64,000 bases of DNA from Candidatus Sumerlaeaceae bacterium (GTDB lineage Bacteria > Sumerlaeota > Sumerlaeia > Sumerlaeales > Sumerlaeaceae). The translations under genes and the position numbers were made by a program. The stretch covers positions 1 through 64,000 of the forward strand of contig JBPCLP010000047.1 of NCBI GenBank assembly GCA_051003195.1, given 5' to 3'. The notes under the pieces are model-generated. The model was not told the origin of the DNA, did no database searches, and worked only from the letters and a program-made list of their open reading frames with translations. Below are positions 19,663 through 29,307 of the stretch, piece after piece (position 1 is the stretch's first letter; the number at the start of each line of letters is the position of its first letter).

Positions 19663-19738
19663 TATCACCACCGCAGTACCCGTGATCGCGTCGCGGACGT
19701 AGGTAGGTGGTAGCAATTCTGTTAGTGAGGGGCATGAC

Positions 19739-20716
19739 ATGGCGGGAGCTTCCATAGAGCAGGCCATCAGCAAACTACAGGAAATCCTGGTCGCTGTGTC
19801 GGACTGCAATGCGGCGCTCGATGCGACATACGCCGACGTAAATGCCGCCAAAGAATCGCGCGAAGCGCTTCTAAAGGAAGTCGAAACGGATTGGAGCGAT
19901 CTCATCCGGGTCGCTGACGGCTTCAGCGACTCACTCCTGCAGCATGAGAATCGGATTACATCTTCCCAGCAGGAGAAATCAGCAGCCTGCACGGATATGT
20001 CCGCGCAGGTTAAAGCATGTTTTGGCGCGGCCGAGTCGACTATCGACTCACTTCCTGTTGCGATTGCGGATGCTAGTGCTGCCGCTCATGAGGCCGTTGC
20101 CGTACTCCAGCAGGCGAACAATGAAATCGGTGCACAGATAACTTCAGTTATCGAGACTCTGGAGTCCACGGCCGATGTGACTGCTGACGCATTCACATCC
20201 GTCCAGCAGGCTTTGGAGCTGTTAGTTCAGCAGGTAAACAGTTTTAGTCAGCAGTTAACGCCTGCATTCAGCGACGCATGCACGGAGATTGGCGAACACA
20301 GTCTCCTCAAAGCAGAAACGGCATTTGACGAATTCGCAACCCAGCTCCAGGAGAATGTTACAGTCTCGCTGGACGATACTCTGCAGGCAATGCCAACGGG
20401 AATCCTTGAGTCGATCAGCAATATGTTCGATGATGCCGACAAACTTGCTGCGGCGCTGAAAGAAGCCGCCGATCAAGCCATTGACGGTTTTGCTGATGCC
20501 GTGAAAGAAGAAACAGCGACACTCCGGGAAGCATTCGAGAACGCGTTGGATAAGTCGGTCAGCGGAATCACACAAGAAATGGCACAAGCGGCCGAAGTAA
20601 TGAATAACATGGTCAGTTGCACCGAAAGTCTGTCGCCCGTTCTACCCGTCCTTCAGCTTGCGGACAAAGTACTCGGAGAGTTTAATGCGATACTCGAGGA
20701 AATGTCGCCCGGCTGA
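19739..20716 (+). CDS. Acidic all-helical protein 5, paralog of 16666..17655
   Basis: AISKLQEILVAV..REALLKEVETDWSDLI vs AISNLKEILAAI..RTALLEEIEGDWEDLI; C-terminal PVLQLADKVLGEFNAILE vs PVLAVAEKILEAFNLILE. Confidence 0.85.
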   Translation: MAGASIEQAISKLQEILVAVSDCNAALDATYADVNAAKESREALLKEVETDWSDLIRVADGFSDSLLQHENRITSSQQEKSAACTDMSAQVKACFGAAESTIDSLPVAIADASAAAHEAVAVLQQANNEIGAQITSVIETLESTADVTADAFTSVQQALELLVQQVNSFSQQLTPAFSDACTEIGEHSLLKAETAFDEFATQLQENVTVSLDDTLQAMPTGILESISNMFDDADKLAAALKEAADQAIDGFADAVKEETATLREAFENALDKSVSGITQEMAQAAEVMNNMVSCTESLSPVLPVLQLADKVLGEFNAILEEMSPG

Positions 20717-20811
20717 GCGTAGGCGAGAAGTTTTAAGGTTGGCTTAATTTACATATTCTGCGAGTGAGCTGGCGGCGCTGTTTCCCGCCCGCCTTTAGTG
20801 TGACTACTTAA

Positions 20812-21432
20812 TTGATTTACGCGATACCCATTTGCCACTCTTACGTGGTGTCTATTAGCAGAGCAATTTGGATTCTCTCAAGCGTCGGACTGTTGGCTGT
20901 TTCGGTTCCAGCTGCATGTAAGGAACCTGCGTCGTCACCCGTTATCTCAGATACTGATGTCCCCCGGGCAGATTCTTCCCCAGATTCCATCTCAAATGCG
21001 ATCGACAACACAAGCGAGACGCTTCCAGTCTCGGCACCGGTCGACCTGATCTCTACCATACTCAGCACCGATAACCTTACGACGCACGCGCTGCCGGCGG
21101 AGTTGCCTTCCCCGCCTTCGTATCTGCCGTTGCAGGTACTCTCCCCGGAAGAGATCGCCACAATTCCTTCGGCAACACCCATTTCGCGCGAAAGTAGAAC
21201 TGGCGAGCCTCCCAGTTTATCGGGGGGAAAGTGGACGATGCCTCCATCTTCGCAGACGCTGGAGGAGGTGTTTGCACGGCGGGTGCGTCCGCCGGTACGA
21301 GTGCCGGAATCAAAATCAAATTCTGTGAAGAAAAAACCAACACCTGGCAGTTCCGGCGTTCGCAAAAAGGTAGCGCCTGCGAAACCAACGCCACGCGCAA
21401 GACCCACTCCGCCTCGATTTGAACCCATCTGA
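20812..21432 (+). CDS. Putative exported Pro/Ser-rich low-complexity protein
   Basis: Hydrophobic N-terminal stretch, then P/S/T-rich and K/P-rich tail; start uncertain. Confidence 0.5.
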   Translation: MIYAIPICHSYVVSISRAIWILSSVGLLAVSVPAACKEPASSPVISDTDVPRADSSPDSISNAIDNTSETLPVSAPVDLISTILSTDNLTTHALPAELPSPPSYLPLQVLSPEEIATIPSATPISRESRTGEPPSLSGGKWTMPPSSQTLEEVFARRVRPPVRVPESKSNSVKKKPTPGSSGVRKKVAPAKPTPRARPTPPRFEPI

Positions 21433-21474
21433 TCGTGGCAATGCAAAACGCATACGCGTCTCGCAGGAGTCCGG

Positions 21475-22638
21475 CTACTTTCCCAGTGTGCTCGCTACGC
21501 TTTTTTGCCAGCCCAGGTCACTGGTGCGGCGAATCAGAAGCCTGTTAATAATTTCGCGATAGGGCGAACCTTCCGGCAGAGCGATGCTGTAAGATTGAGG
21601 GGAAAAGGTCTCTGGAAGCACCGATAACTCCGAGTCGGGAAAGTCGTTCTTAATGGAGTACTCGAGCATCGGCGCGTCGTGCACAAGCACCTCAATTTTC
21701 TTGTCCTTTACTGCCTGTAGCCCATCTTTAACGTTTTGGAACTCCTTTGCATCGGCACATCCTGCATTCTTTACGTAGTAGTGCCCGGTGCTCTTATTTT
21801 GCACGTACCCAACTTTGTATTTCCGTAGTTGGTCGGGGCTGATATCATTACCCTCGCGTTTATTGTCGTTGAGCTTGGCAGTTACAATGCCTGTAAACAG
21901 TGCCAGCAGAATCATACCCGCGAGCATCCATACCATGCCGAAGACACGCCCAATACAACCGACTGGATATTTATCGCCATAGCCCGCGGCAATTGTAACC
22001 ACGGCCCACCAGATACCGGATCCAATCCCGCGGATGATCCCCCCGCCGAAATGGCCGGAATTACATCTGAATTCCAGCAACCAGATTAAAACACCAGCGA
22101 TCGAGAAGGCGATTAGCAGCGGAAATACGCCCTTTTTCACAATGTCCCAAACCATTTCACGGATAACCTCGCTTGTTGGTTTCGGCAGCACTGCCATGGC
22201 GAGCCCGGCTGTGTAGTAGGGGAACGTGAAATCAACCTTCGCTTCCCGTTCTTCGTTGATGGTGATAGCTGCAATACCCGCTTGAACGCGGCCAGACTGT
22301 ACTTCTGATAGAACACCGCTGACCGTTACGGCATCATGAAATACGGTCTCACAATTGAGTTCGGGATCTGCGGCAATCTCCTTCCACAGTTTAATGCTGA
22401 TACCCGTCCAATCATCCTGCTCCGGCATCGAAAATGGTGCGGCTGGCTTGGTCGCGACGTGTATAATCCTCTTCCCGGAAGCGCTGATAGTTGTTTCAAG
22501 CTGCGTCGCTGTGGTTTCCGCTGCGCGTGGCTTCACAACCTGAAGCAATAATAACAGCACTAGAATTAGTTTGGGAAGAACTCGGCGTTGTTGAAATAGC
22601 CGATGAAGTAGATTCATGAGGATATGCGTTCGGCGCAT
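21475..22638 (-). CDS. GluR0-like ligand-gated ion channel (split periplasmic binding domain plus K-channel-like pore)
   Basis: APFSM, AAITINEEREAKVDFTFPYY (SBP family 3), TM-pore-TM with WWAVVTIAAGYGDKYP, second SBP lobe. Confidence 0.85.
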   Translation of the reverse strand: MRRTHILMNLLHRLFQQRRVLPKLILVLLLLLQVVKPRAAETTATQLETTISASGKRIIHVATKPAAPFSMPEQDDWTGISIKLWKEIAADPELNCETVFHDAVTVSGVLSEVQSGRVQAGIAAITINEEREAKVDFTFPYYTAGLAMAVLPKPTSEVIREMVWDIVKKGVFPLLIAFSIAGVLIWLLEFRCNSGHFGGGIIRGIGSGIWWAVVTIAAGYGDKYPVGCIGRVFGMVWMLAGMILLALFTGIVTAKLNDNKREGNDISPDQLRKYKVGYVQNKSTGHYYVKNAGCADAKEFQNVKDGLQAVKDKKIEVLVHDAPMLEYSIKNDFPDSELSVLPETFSPQSYSIALPEGSPYREIINRLLIRRTSDLGWQKSVASTLGK

Positions 22639-22653
22639 TGCAGTCGGCAGCGC

Positions 22654-23325
22654 TTATCTACCCTCTTTGCTGGGCGTGCTTTTCGAATCCGAAGTAGCGG
22701 GTAGAATCATTCCCGTTCCCGTGCTGCCGCTATCCAGGCTCGTGCCCTCGGGTTTGTCGAGGATCACCTGAACCGGCGAAGAAAGGGGGCTGACTAATGC
22801 GCCATTGTAGCCCTCGAACTGAGTTAACATCCGATAATAATAGGTCGTGCCGGGAAATACACTGTTCTCATCGTCGAAATTGCCTTCGCTCGACGCCAGG
22901 ATTGCAACTGCACTGAACGGCCCGTTTTCGCTTTCGGCGCGTTCCAGCGTCAGCGTTGTAGCGCGGGAATCCGACTTCCATGTCACGTTCACAGCCTTTT
23001 GACCTGCTTTGGATTTAACCGCCAGTTCCACGGGCTTCGGCAGCTTCATAGCTGCCTGAGCGGCTGGCGCAGCGGTTGCCGCCGCACGTGGAGTGATCAC
23101 GGCCGGTGTCACCACGCCGCGCTGGACTTTTGGGCCCTTGAACCCCGGCGGTGTGCGAGAGCCAAATACGGGTTTACGAGCCGCCGGCGTTGGAGTCGCA
23201 GTTGAATCCTGCGCGAAGCACTCGACTGGCCCCGAAATGCTGAGCACGCCCGCAACGGCTAAAATCACGATGGCATGCGAGGAGCCTGCTCCATAATTAC
23301 GATAAACTGCGCGCTTTAAGCTCAC
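22654..23325 (-). CDS. Secreted protein with single FN3-like domain
   Basis: Signal peptide; VNVTW..LERAESENGPF..DENSVFPGTTYYYR. Confidence 0.7.
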   Translation of the reverse strand: MSLKRAVYRNYGAGSSHAIVILAVAGVLSISGPVECFAQDSTATPTPAARKPVFGSRTPPGFKGPKVQRGVVTPAVITPRAAATAAPAAQAAMKLPKPVELAVKSKAGQKAVNVTWKSDSRATTLTLERAESENGPFSAVAILASSEGNFDDENSVFPGTTYYYRMLTQFEGYNGALVSPLSSPVQVILDKPEGTSLDSGSTGTGMILPATSDSKSTPSKEGR

Positions 23326-23374
23326 GCCGAAACCTCCACAGGTGAAAGAGTTGAACAGCTTTACAGCAGACTAT

Positions 23375-25207
23375 CTAGTTGGTGCCGAACAGAACCGCCG
23401 GACCTGCCGGAGCTTTCACCGGCAGCCGTCTTCGGGTTTTGGCAGGACCACGAGCCGGTACCTGCTTCTTAATAACAACAGATTCAAGCGCAGAAGTGAA
23501 GGGTGTATCATAATCCTGCGCAAATGCCTGGGCTCGGTAAAAGTATTCCGTTTCTTCGAGAATCTCCTTTTGGTCTGTCATCGCACCCTGCTCACCTACG
23601 GGAGCGGCCACGTCCTTGATCGGCGAAAAGGGTCCCTCGGCAGTAGTTGCTCTCTCGATCACAAGCTTTTGCAATGCACCAGCATCCTCGGGTTTCAGAG
23701 CCCATGATACCTGCACTGCACCAGGCACGCCCGCTGGCTTCACGCTTAGCCGCGGCGCCTGCGGCTTCGGAAGTACTGCCTTCACCTGCTCGGTTGCTGC
23801 ACTCAGCTCCGAAAGACCCCCTGTATTTCGCGCGGCTACCTTGTACGAATAAGTTCCGCCGCGCTTAACGGTTTTGTCTACGTACCGTGCTTCAGGTGCA
23901 CCCACGCTGCCAATGCTCTGGTACTCTCCCTTGTCATCTGCGCGGAATACCTCGAAAGATTTCGCCCCTGTCAGGGCACGATCCCACTCGATCGTGCACG
24001 AATCCGCCTTCCATTCGCTTACTTTGACCCCGGATGGCGGCACCGGCGGAATAACGACGGTAACCGATCTTGCCTCCGACGGAACTCCCTCCTCATTGCG
24101 TATCATAAACAGGTATTGTCTCGTGCTGCCCGGCTCCAGGCCCGTGTCTACCCACTCACCCTTTGACGTCTCTTGCGGCGTCAGCACATGTTCGGCCGAC
24201 GCAGTGCGGATAACCATGGTGCTACCGGGTTTTATGATACTTTGCCACGTCAGGCGTACAGAGAAGTCGGGATTTGCCTGTGCTTTAAGTCCTGCCGGTG
24301 GTTCGGGATATGTACGCCCCTGTTTGAGAGGCGAGGCCGTCTCGCCCGCCGCATTCACTGCCACTACCCGGTACGTGTACTCGGTGTCGGGTGTCAGATT
24401 GTTGTCCAGGTGCTCGCCCGTATCGCGCCCCTTGTCGAATGTTGTAAGTGGTTTCCATTCCTTCCCACCATCGTCACTGCGCTCCAGACGCGTCTTCACG
24501 ACGGAGGCGTCAGCCAGGAGCACCCATTTCACATGAAGGCTTTTTTCCTTATCTCCCGCACCTGGCTCAGCGGATCCCATGAGCGGTTGTTTGGGAACCG
24601 TGAGGGGAGTCTGCACCTGCACCGTTTTGCTCGGCGGCGATTTCTGGATCTCATTGTCCGCAACAATTCTATACTCGTACTGTGTATTTGGTTCTACCTC
24701 CGCGTCTACGTAGCTACGTAATTTACCATCCTGTATCTGGATCTCTTTTTCAGCCGATTGCTGTACATCTTTGCGCGTGAGTATGAATGCTTTGACAGGT
24801 TTCTTTTCGCTCGTTCGCCAGCTCAGGTGAACCTCGCCCGGTGTCGAGGGAGTTTCGGCCAACAACTCCGGCGCTGCAGGCGGATGATTCGTCAGGTACA
24901 GGTAAAGACCGATGCCAATCACTCCTGCAACCCCAGCGACTCCCATGATGATCTCGGTCTTGTAGCGTTTTAGAGCTGCAGTGTTGTGGCGATCGCGTGT
25001 ATCGTCCAGAACCCGTCCGCGCGCAATCTCATACGCCAGTTCCAGTTTTCGCAATCGCGCTTCGTGATCATTACGCTCACCAGCGGATACTGCCGCAGCC
25101 AGGGCTTCCTCACTGATCGCCCGCTGCTTGAGATATGCTTCCTCGATATCCTGCAGGCTGGCCGTTACTGCAACGCGCAGCGCCCGATAAGCCTCCACGT
25201 CTTCCAT
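23375..25207 (-). CDS. Single-pass membrane protein: J-like N-terminal domain without HPD, plus about 5 FN3 repeats
   Basis: EAYRALRVAVTASLQDIEEAY..LELAYE; TM IIMGVAGVAGVIGIGLYLYL; repeated W..D..L.P.T.Y.YR...N. Confidence 0.8.
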   Translation of the reverse strand: MEDVEAYRALRVAVTASLQDIEEAYLKQRAISEEALAAAVSAGERNDHEARLRKLELAYEIARGRVLDDTRDRHNTAALKRYKTEIIMGVAGVAGVIGIGLYLYLTNHPPAAPELLAETPSTPGEVHLSWRTSEKKPVKAFILTRKDVQQSAEKEIQIQDGKLRSYVDAEVEPNTQYEYRIVADNEIQKSPPSKTVQVQTPLTVPKQPLMGSAEPGAGDKEKSLHVKWVLLADASVVKTRLERSDDGGKEWKPLTTFDKGRDTGEHLDNNLTPDTEYTYRVVAVNAAGETASPLKQGRTYPEPPAGLKAQANPDFSVRLTWQSIIKPGSTMVIRTASAEHVLTPQETSKGEWVDTGLEPGSTRQYLFMIRNEEGVPSEARSVTVVIPPVPPSGVKVSEWKADSCTIEWDRALTGAKSFEVFRADDKGEYQSIGSVGAPEARYVDKTVKRGGTYSYKVAARNTGGLSELSAATEQVKAVLPKPQAPRLSVKPAGVPGAVQVSWALKPEDAGALQKLVIERATTAEGPFSPIKDVAAPVGEQGAMTDQKEILEETEYFYRAQAFAQDYDTPFTSALESVVIKKQVPARGPAKTRRRLPVKAPAGPAVLFGTN

Positions 25208-25399
25208 CAGGTCGGTTTACCCGACAGCCCTGGTATATCGAAACGCCTCGAGCATTTGCATGATCCAAATCCCATCACGATGGCAATCGCGACCATTTCG
25301 CCGCTGAAGAAGTGTGCTTATGCAACCTGTAACATGATGCGGGCCCGTGCAACGCACGGGCCCGCATTCGGATATAGTTGATAGTCGCACATCGATCAG

Positions 25400-28300
25400 C
25401 TATGGCGGCGTAGGAAGGCTAACAGAAGGTCCTCCGCCTCCGACTGGGGTCGGTGTCGGCGCCTTCTTCGCCTTTGCAGCTGCTGCACCGCCGCCACCCG
25501 ACGATCCTCCGCCCTTACCCGCCTGCGGCGTAGGCGTCGGAGTGCTCAAGCCCTTCAGCAGCTTGTCCGGATCATCCGGCCTGAACGGTGGCTGCGTCGG
25601 CAATGCAACCGCACCCGTGCGGAAAACAATCGATGGTGTTGGCGCAGGCACGGCACCCGCCGTTCCACCAGCGGCTCCAGGTTGTACCACCAGTTGCACT
25701 TTCGGGATAATGGGCTGAGAAAAATCCACAATAATCGGATTGCCGTAGTTCCGCGCATGCACATTCATGCGATAGAAGTATTCTTTCCCATCCACCAGAC
25801 CCTGATGATCGTCAAATGACCCGCTCAAGCTTGTGAACGGTGCCCCTATGCTTCGAATCTCGGTATAAGGCCCCTCCGAACTTGTCGCTCTCTCAACGAC
25901 CAACTTATCCAGTCCAATCAGATCCTCATTCTTACTAAAGCTCCACGAAACGAGCACTTCTTTTTTTCCATCCTTCGGCTTAGGAGCAAACTTCGGAGGG
26001 TTGGGTGCTGGGAGGCGCGCAACCTCGGGCTCCGAGGGCTCACTAGGATCAGACGGGCCACCTGCATTCCATGTGACCAGCTGATACGCATATTTTTTCC
26101 CCTCGCTTACGGTTTTATCAGTGAAGCGGGTCTGTGCAGCAGGCACTTTGGTCAGACTGATAAACTCGTCCCCGTCACCTTCTTTGCGGCGAAGCTCAAT
26201 TTCCTTAACAGTCTTATCCACCTTGTCCCACTGCAGTTCCAGACTGTTAGGTGCAGCCTTGACGACCTTTGCGACATTCGGCTGCGCAGGCGGAATTGTA
26301 ATATTGGTTGTGGCAGGATTGCCGACGGTCTTATTCGGACCCAGAATCGCCAGACTGAAGTCATACGTTCCACCGGCTTCCACTTCCGGGAACACGAAGC
26401 TTTGCGACTTCTCATCGTCGGGTGTGAGAATCAGTTCCTCTCTGCCACCCTTCTTCAGTGTTAGTTTCCGATTTTCTTTAAGTGGAGCATTCCACACCAG
26501 TCTAATTTTTTTGTCTTCTGTAAGTTTGGCTTCAAACTTCTCCGGCTTTGGAGGATTCGTAAATTGGCTGACAACCGGCCCCTCTGTTTTACCGCCTTCG
26601 TTCACGAGAACCAGTCGATAGCTGTATCTCGTATCAGGCGTTAGGCCGGCGTCCTTAAACCGGCCTTCATTAAACACACCCTCGTCTGTGGGGAGAGTCT
26701 CCCATTGGTTGGTGTCTTCTACCATCCGCTCCAGGCTGCGCTTAACGCCTGGTCCTTTGCCCAAACCGGCGCCCCACACCACCTGTAACGAATGCTCCGG
26801 ATCGGTAGGCAACGGGTCGCATTTGGAGATACTTATAGGTTCGGCTGGCCCCGGAAGAGTTTCGATGCTCTGTGGCGCAGTTGGCGCCGACGCAAATTCC
26901 TTCTTACCCTTTGCAATAATACTATACGTATATTTCGTCCCGGGCTTCAGCTTAACATTGTCCACGTACTCTTTTACACTTGCAGGCTTATCAAAGGTTT
27001 CGGGCTTGTCTGTTCCGTCCTCCTGCCGCTGAACAATAAATCCCGTGGTCAAATCTGGCGACGTATCCTTCCAGGATACCTTGATTGCCTTGCCTTCTCT
27101 TTCAACTTTCAGCGCTTCAGGAGGCGTGGCAGACTTAAACATATTCCCAACTTGCGTTCTCAAGTTCTCATTCGTCGCCACCACCGTAGCACCCGCCACA
27201 CCCGCAAGCACCGCAAGCGTCACCAGGAACTTCTTCTTGCTGTGCGCGGTATGCCCCTTCTTCGACATCGACTGCTGAAACTGCTCCATCGTGTCGAAGC
27301 GGTCCTCGGGATTCGTCGACAGCGCTTTATCCACCGCGCTCGACAACGGACCCGGCACATCCGTCCGAATTTCAGACAGCGCTTTCGCGCGACCCGTCGG
27401 AAGCTTCCCTGCCAGCAGCTCATAAATGACGACTGCCAGCGAATACTGATCCGCCCGGCGATCCACTTCCTTCGCGCTTTGCATCTGCTCCGGCGCCATA
27501 TAGAACGCCGTCCCCATCGCCATTGCCGTCTGCGTCATCCGCGTCGGGCTCAGCAGCTGCGCAATTCCGAAATCCATGATCTTGACCGAGCCATCTTTGC
27601 AAAGCCAGATGTTCTCCGGCTTGATGTCCCGATGCACCGTAAACTGGTGCGCGTAGTTCAGCGCATCGCACACCGGCTTGCAAAGCTCGATTACTTCCTT
27701 CGCGGAGAACGGCATCTTCACCGACGCCTTCGCCTCTATCTCATGACGCAGCGTTCTGCCCTTCAGCAGCTCCATCGTCAGGAAGCACAGGTCCCCCTCC
27801 TGCTGCACCTCTTTCACATTGGCGATATTCGGATGCGTCAGGCTGATCGAGATTTTCGCCTCGTGAAGGAACCGCTCACGTGCGCTCGCGTTTCTCGCGA
27901 GCGCCGGCAGCAGCACCTTCAGCGCCACATCCATGCCCAGCACGCGGTCGTATGCGCCAAACACTGCACCCATACCGCCCACGCCCAGTACGTTTTTAAC
28001 ATCGTAACGATTTAACAAAACTTGGCCGGGCGAAATTGAGATTCCCGCCGCCGCCGCGCCCGCCGCATTCGCAGCCGTGGAGCCATCGCCCTGCCCCCCG
28101 GCAAATCCTGTCCCGTCCGATGAAGCCGAACCATGCATCCCGGGTGCCGTAAAGTTCAGGCCGCCACCCGTCAGCTGCGGGCTCGGCGTCGGAAGATCCG
28201 CAAATTGTGTCGCCGTTAGCGGGGTATCGAACAACCCATGCGGCGTCGGGTTCGGTCCGCCATACGCGGGTCCGCCTCCAAGGGCCGGTATCGGCGCGTC

Positions 28301-28531
28301 CATCGCCCCATCCGCGGGCGGGGGCGTCGGCGAGTAATTCGGAAGCAGCACCTTGCGTGCGTCCTCAAGATCATCCAGCTGCTTCTGGAATTTCACTTTC
28401 ACGCTGTCGTTCGCAGCCCGAAGCACCCCTGCTTCGAAACTCGCCCGCTGCCGTGTGTAGGCTTGTGTCAGTTCTTCCGGCGATGCGCTCGACGAAACTC
28501 CGAACACCTCATATGCTTCAACCAGTTGCAC
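25400..28531 (-). CDS. Receptor Ser/Thr protein kinase: J-like N-terminal domain without HPD, kinase, TM, about 5 FN3 repeats
   Basis: LGVGGMGAV, VALK, HRDIKPEN, DFG, YMAPEQ; N-terminal EAYEVFGVSSSASPEELTQAY. Confidence 0.9.
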   Translation of the reverse strand: MQLVEAYEVFGVSSSASPEELTQAYTRQRASFEAGVLRAANDSVKVKFQKQLDDLEDARKVLLPNYSPTPPPADGAMDAPIPALGGGPAYGGPNPTPHGLFDTPLTATQFADLPTPSPQLTGGGLNFTAPGMHGSASSDGTGFAGGQGDGSTAANAAGAAAAGISISPGQVLLNRYDVKNVLGVGGMGAVFGAYDRVLGMDVALKVLLPALARNASARERFLHEAKISISLTHPNIANVKEVQQEGDLCFLTMELLKGRTLRHEIEAKASVKMPFSAKEVIELCKPVCDALNYAHQFTVHRDIKPENIWLCKDGSVKIMDFGIAQLLSPTRMTQTAMAMGTAFYMAPEQMQSAKEVDRRADQYSLAVVIYELLAGKLPTGRAKALSEIRTDVPGPLSSAVDKALSTNPEDRFDTMEQFQQSMSKKGHTAHSKKKFLVTLAVLAGVAGATVVATNENLRTQVGNMFKSATPPEALKVEREGKAIKVSWKDTSPDLTTGFIVQRQEDGTDKPETFDKPASVKEYVDNVKLKPGTKYTYSIIAKGKKEFASAPTAPQSIETLPGPAEPISISKCDPLPTDPEHSLQVVWGAGLGKGPGVKRSLERMVEDTNQWETLPTDEGVFNEGRFKDAGLTPDTRYSYRLVLVNEGGKTEGPVVSQFTNPPKPEKFEAKLTEDKKIRLVWNAPLKENRKLTLKKGGREELILTPDDEKSQSFVFPEVEAGGTYDFSLAILGPNKTVGNPATTNITIPPAQPNVAKVVKAAPNSLELQWDKVDKTVKEIELRRKEGDGDEFISLTKVPAAQTRFTDKTVSEGKKYAYQLVTWNAGGPSDPSEPSEPEVARLPAPNPPKFAPKPKDGKKEVLVSWSFSKNEDLIGLDKLVVERATSSEGPYTEIRSIGAPFTSLSGSFDDHQGLVDGKEYFYRMNVHARNYGNPIIVDFSQPIIPKVQLVVQPGAAGGTAGAVPAPTPSIVFRTGAVALPTQPPFRPDDPDKLLKGLSTPTPTPQAGKGGGSSGGGGAAAAKAKKAPTPTPVGGGGPSVSLPTPP

Positions 28532-29307
28532 GATGGCTTCCTTTCAGGGCCCGCCAGCAAATACAAACCTGGTGCAAGCGGCCCTTCCGATGTGGGTTGA
28601 TGCCGCGATCCAAAAATCCGGCACGAATGTTCATCAAACATCCACACGGAAACTCGGTTTCGCAACAAAATTCCCACGGTTAGAGGCGAAATCCAGCCGT
28701 AAGGTTGCCAGGAATTTGAGGGCGATTGGCAGCCGATTCTCGTACTCGGTTAGATGGGACCATTAAGGCGCGTCGCCGCATGATTCACTCCGCTCACATG
28801 TGCGGTTCAGCATCATCTGTCTGTACGCGCCTGCCAAGGCATCCGGCCGGCCTCCTCTAAGAGCCCAACGCCAAATGAGCCGTCAGACGCTGCTTTTCCA
28901 CAACCTGTGTATTAATTTTCAACACCCGTAAACGCTCCGAATCCCGGCGTTTCTGATTTCGTCTGCGGTTAAAACCCGATAACTGACATGATCTTCCCGC
29001 ACAAACACCTCTTTATAAGACGGACACGCCTGAAACTCTTCCGAACTTTCTGCATAAATCGTTAAATGTCAAAAGCTTACAAGCGCAACCGTCTTTACAA
29101 ATACGCGTCCCACTCACGTCCGCTTTGCACCTCGCAAACGCCTGGTCGCCACAGCCCTCGATCCGCTGAAATCCTTGCGCGACAACAAATCCCGTGCAAG
29201 GTTCCAAGAAAATCAATTTCATCCGGTTTTTCCCCTTGCAACTCTCCCACGGCACCCCTATCCCATTTGCCTCAGAGGGATTACATTAGGAGTTTTATAG
29301 GAGACTT

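Noticed and set aside
15725..20716. Gas vesicle, phage tape-measure, WXG100 or MCP assignment for the acidic proteins
   Set aside because: No gvpA, phage structural genes, central WxG at ~100-aa scale, or MCP hairpin (LLALNAAIEAARAG) seen
26792..28015. Long antisense ORFs (407 aa here; also 29377..30516, 17722..18438, 52615..53436)
   Set aside because: Shadows of strongly codon-biased genes on the opposite strand; no motifs
28894..28924. oriC at DnaA-like boxes (TTTTCCACA, TGTGTATTA, TTTTCAACA); also 39700-39728
   Set aside because: Few and mostly mismatched boxes, no dnaA/dnaN nearby, no clear unwinding element; skew could not be computed
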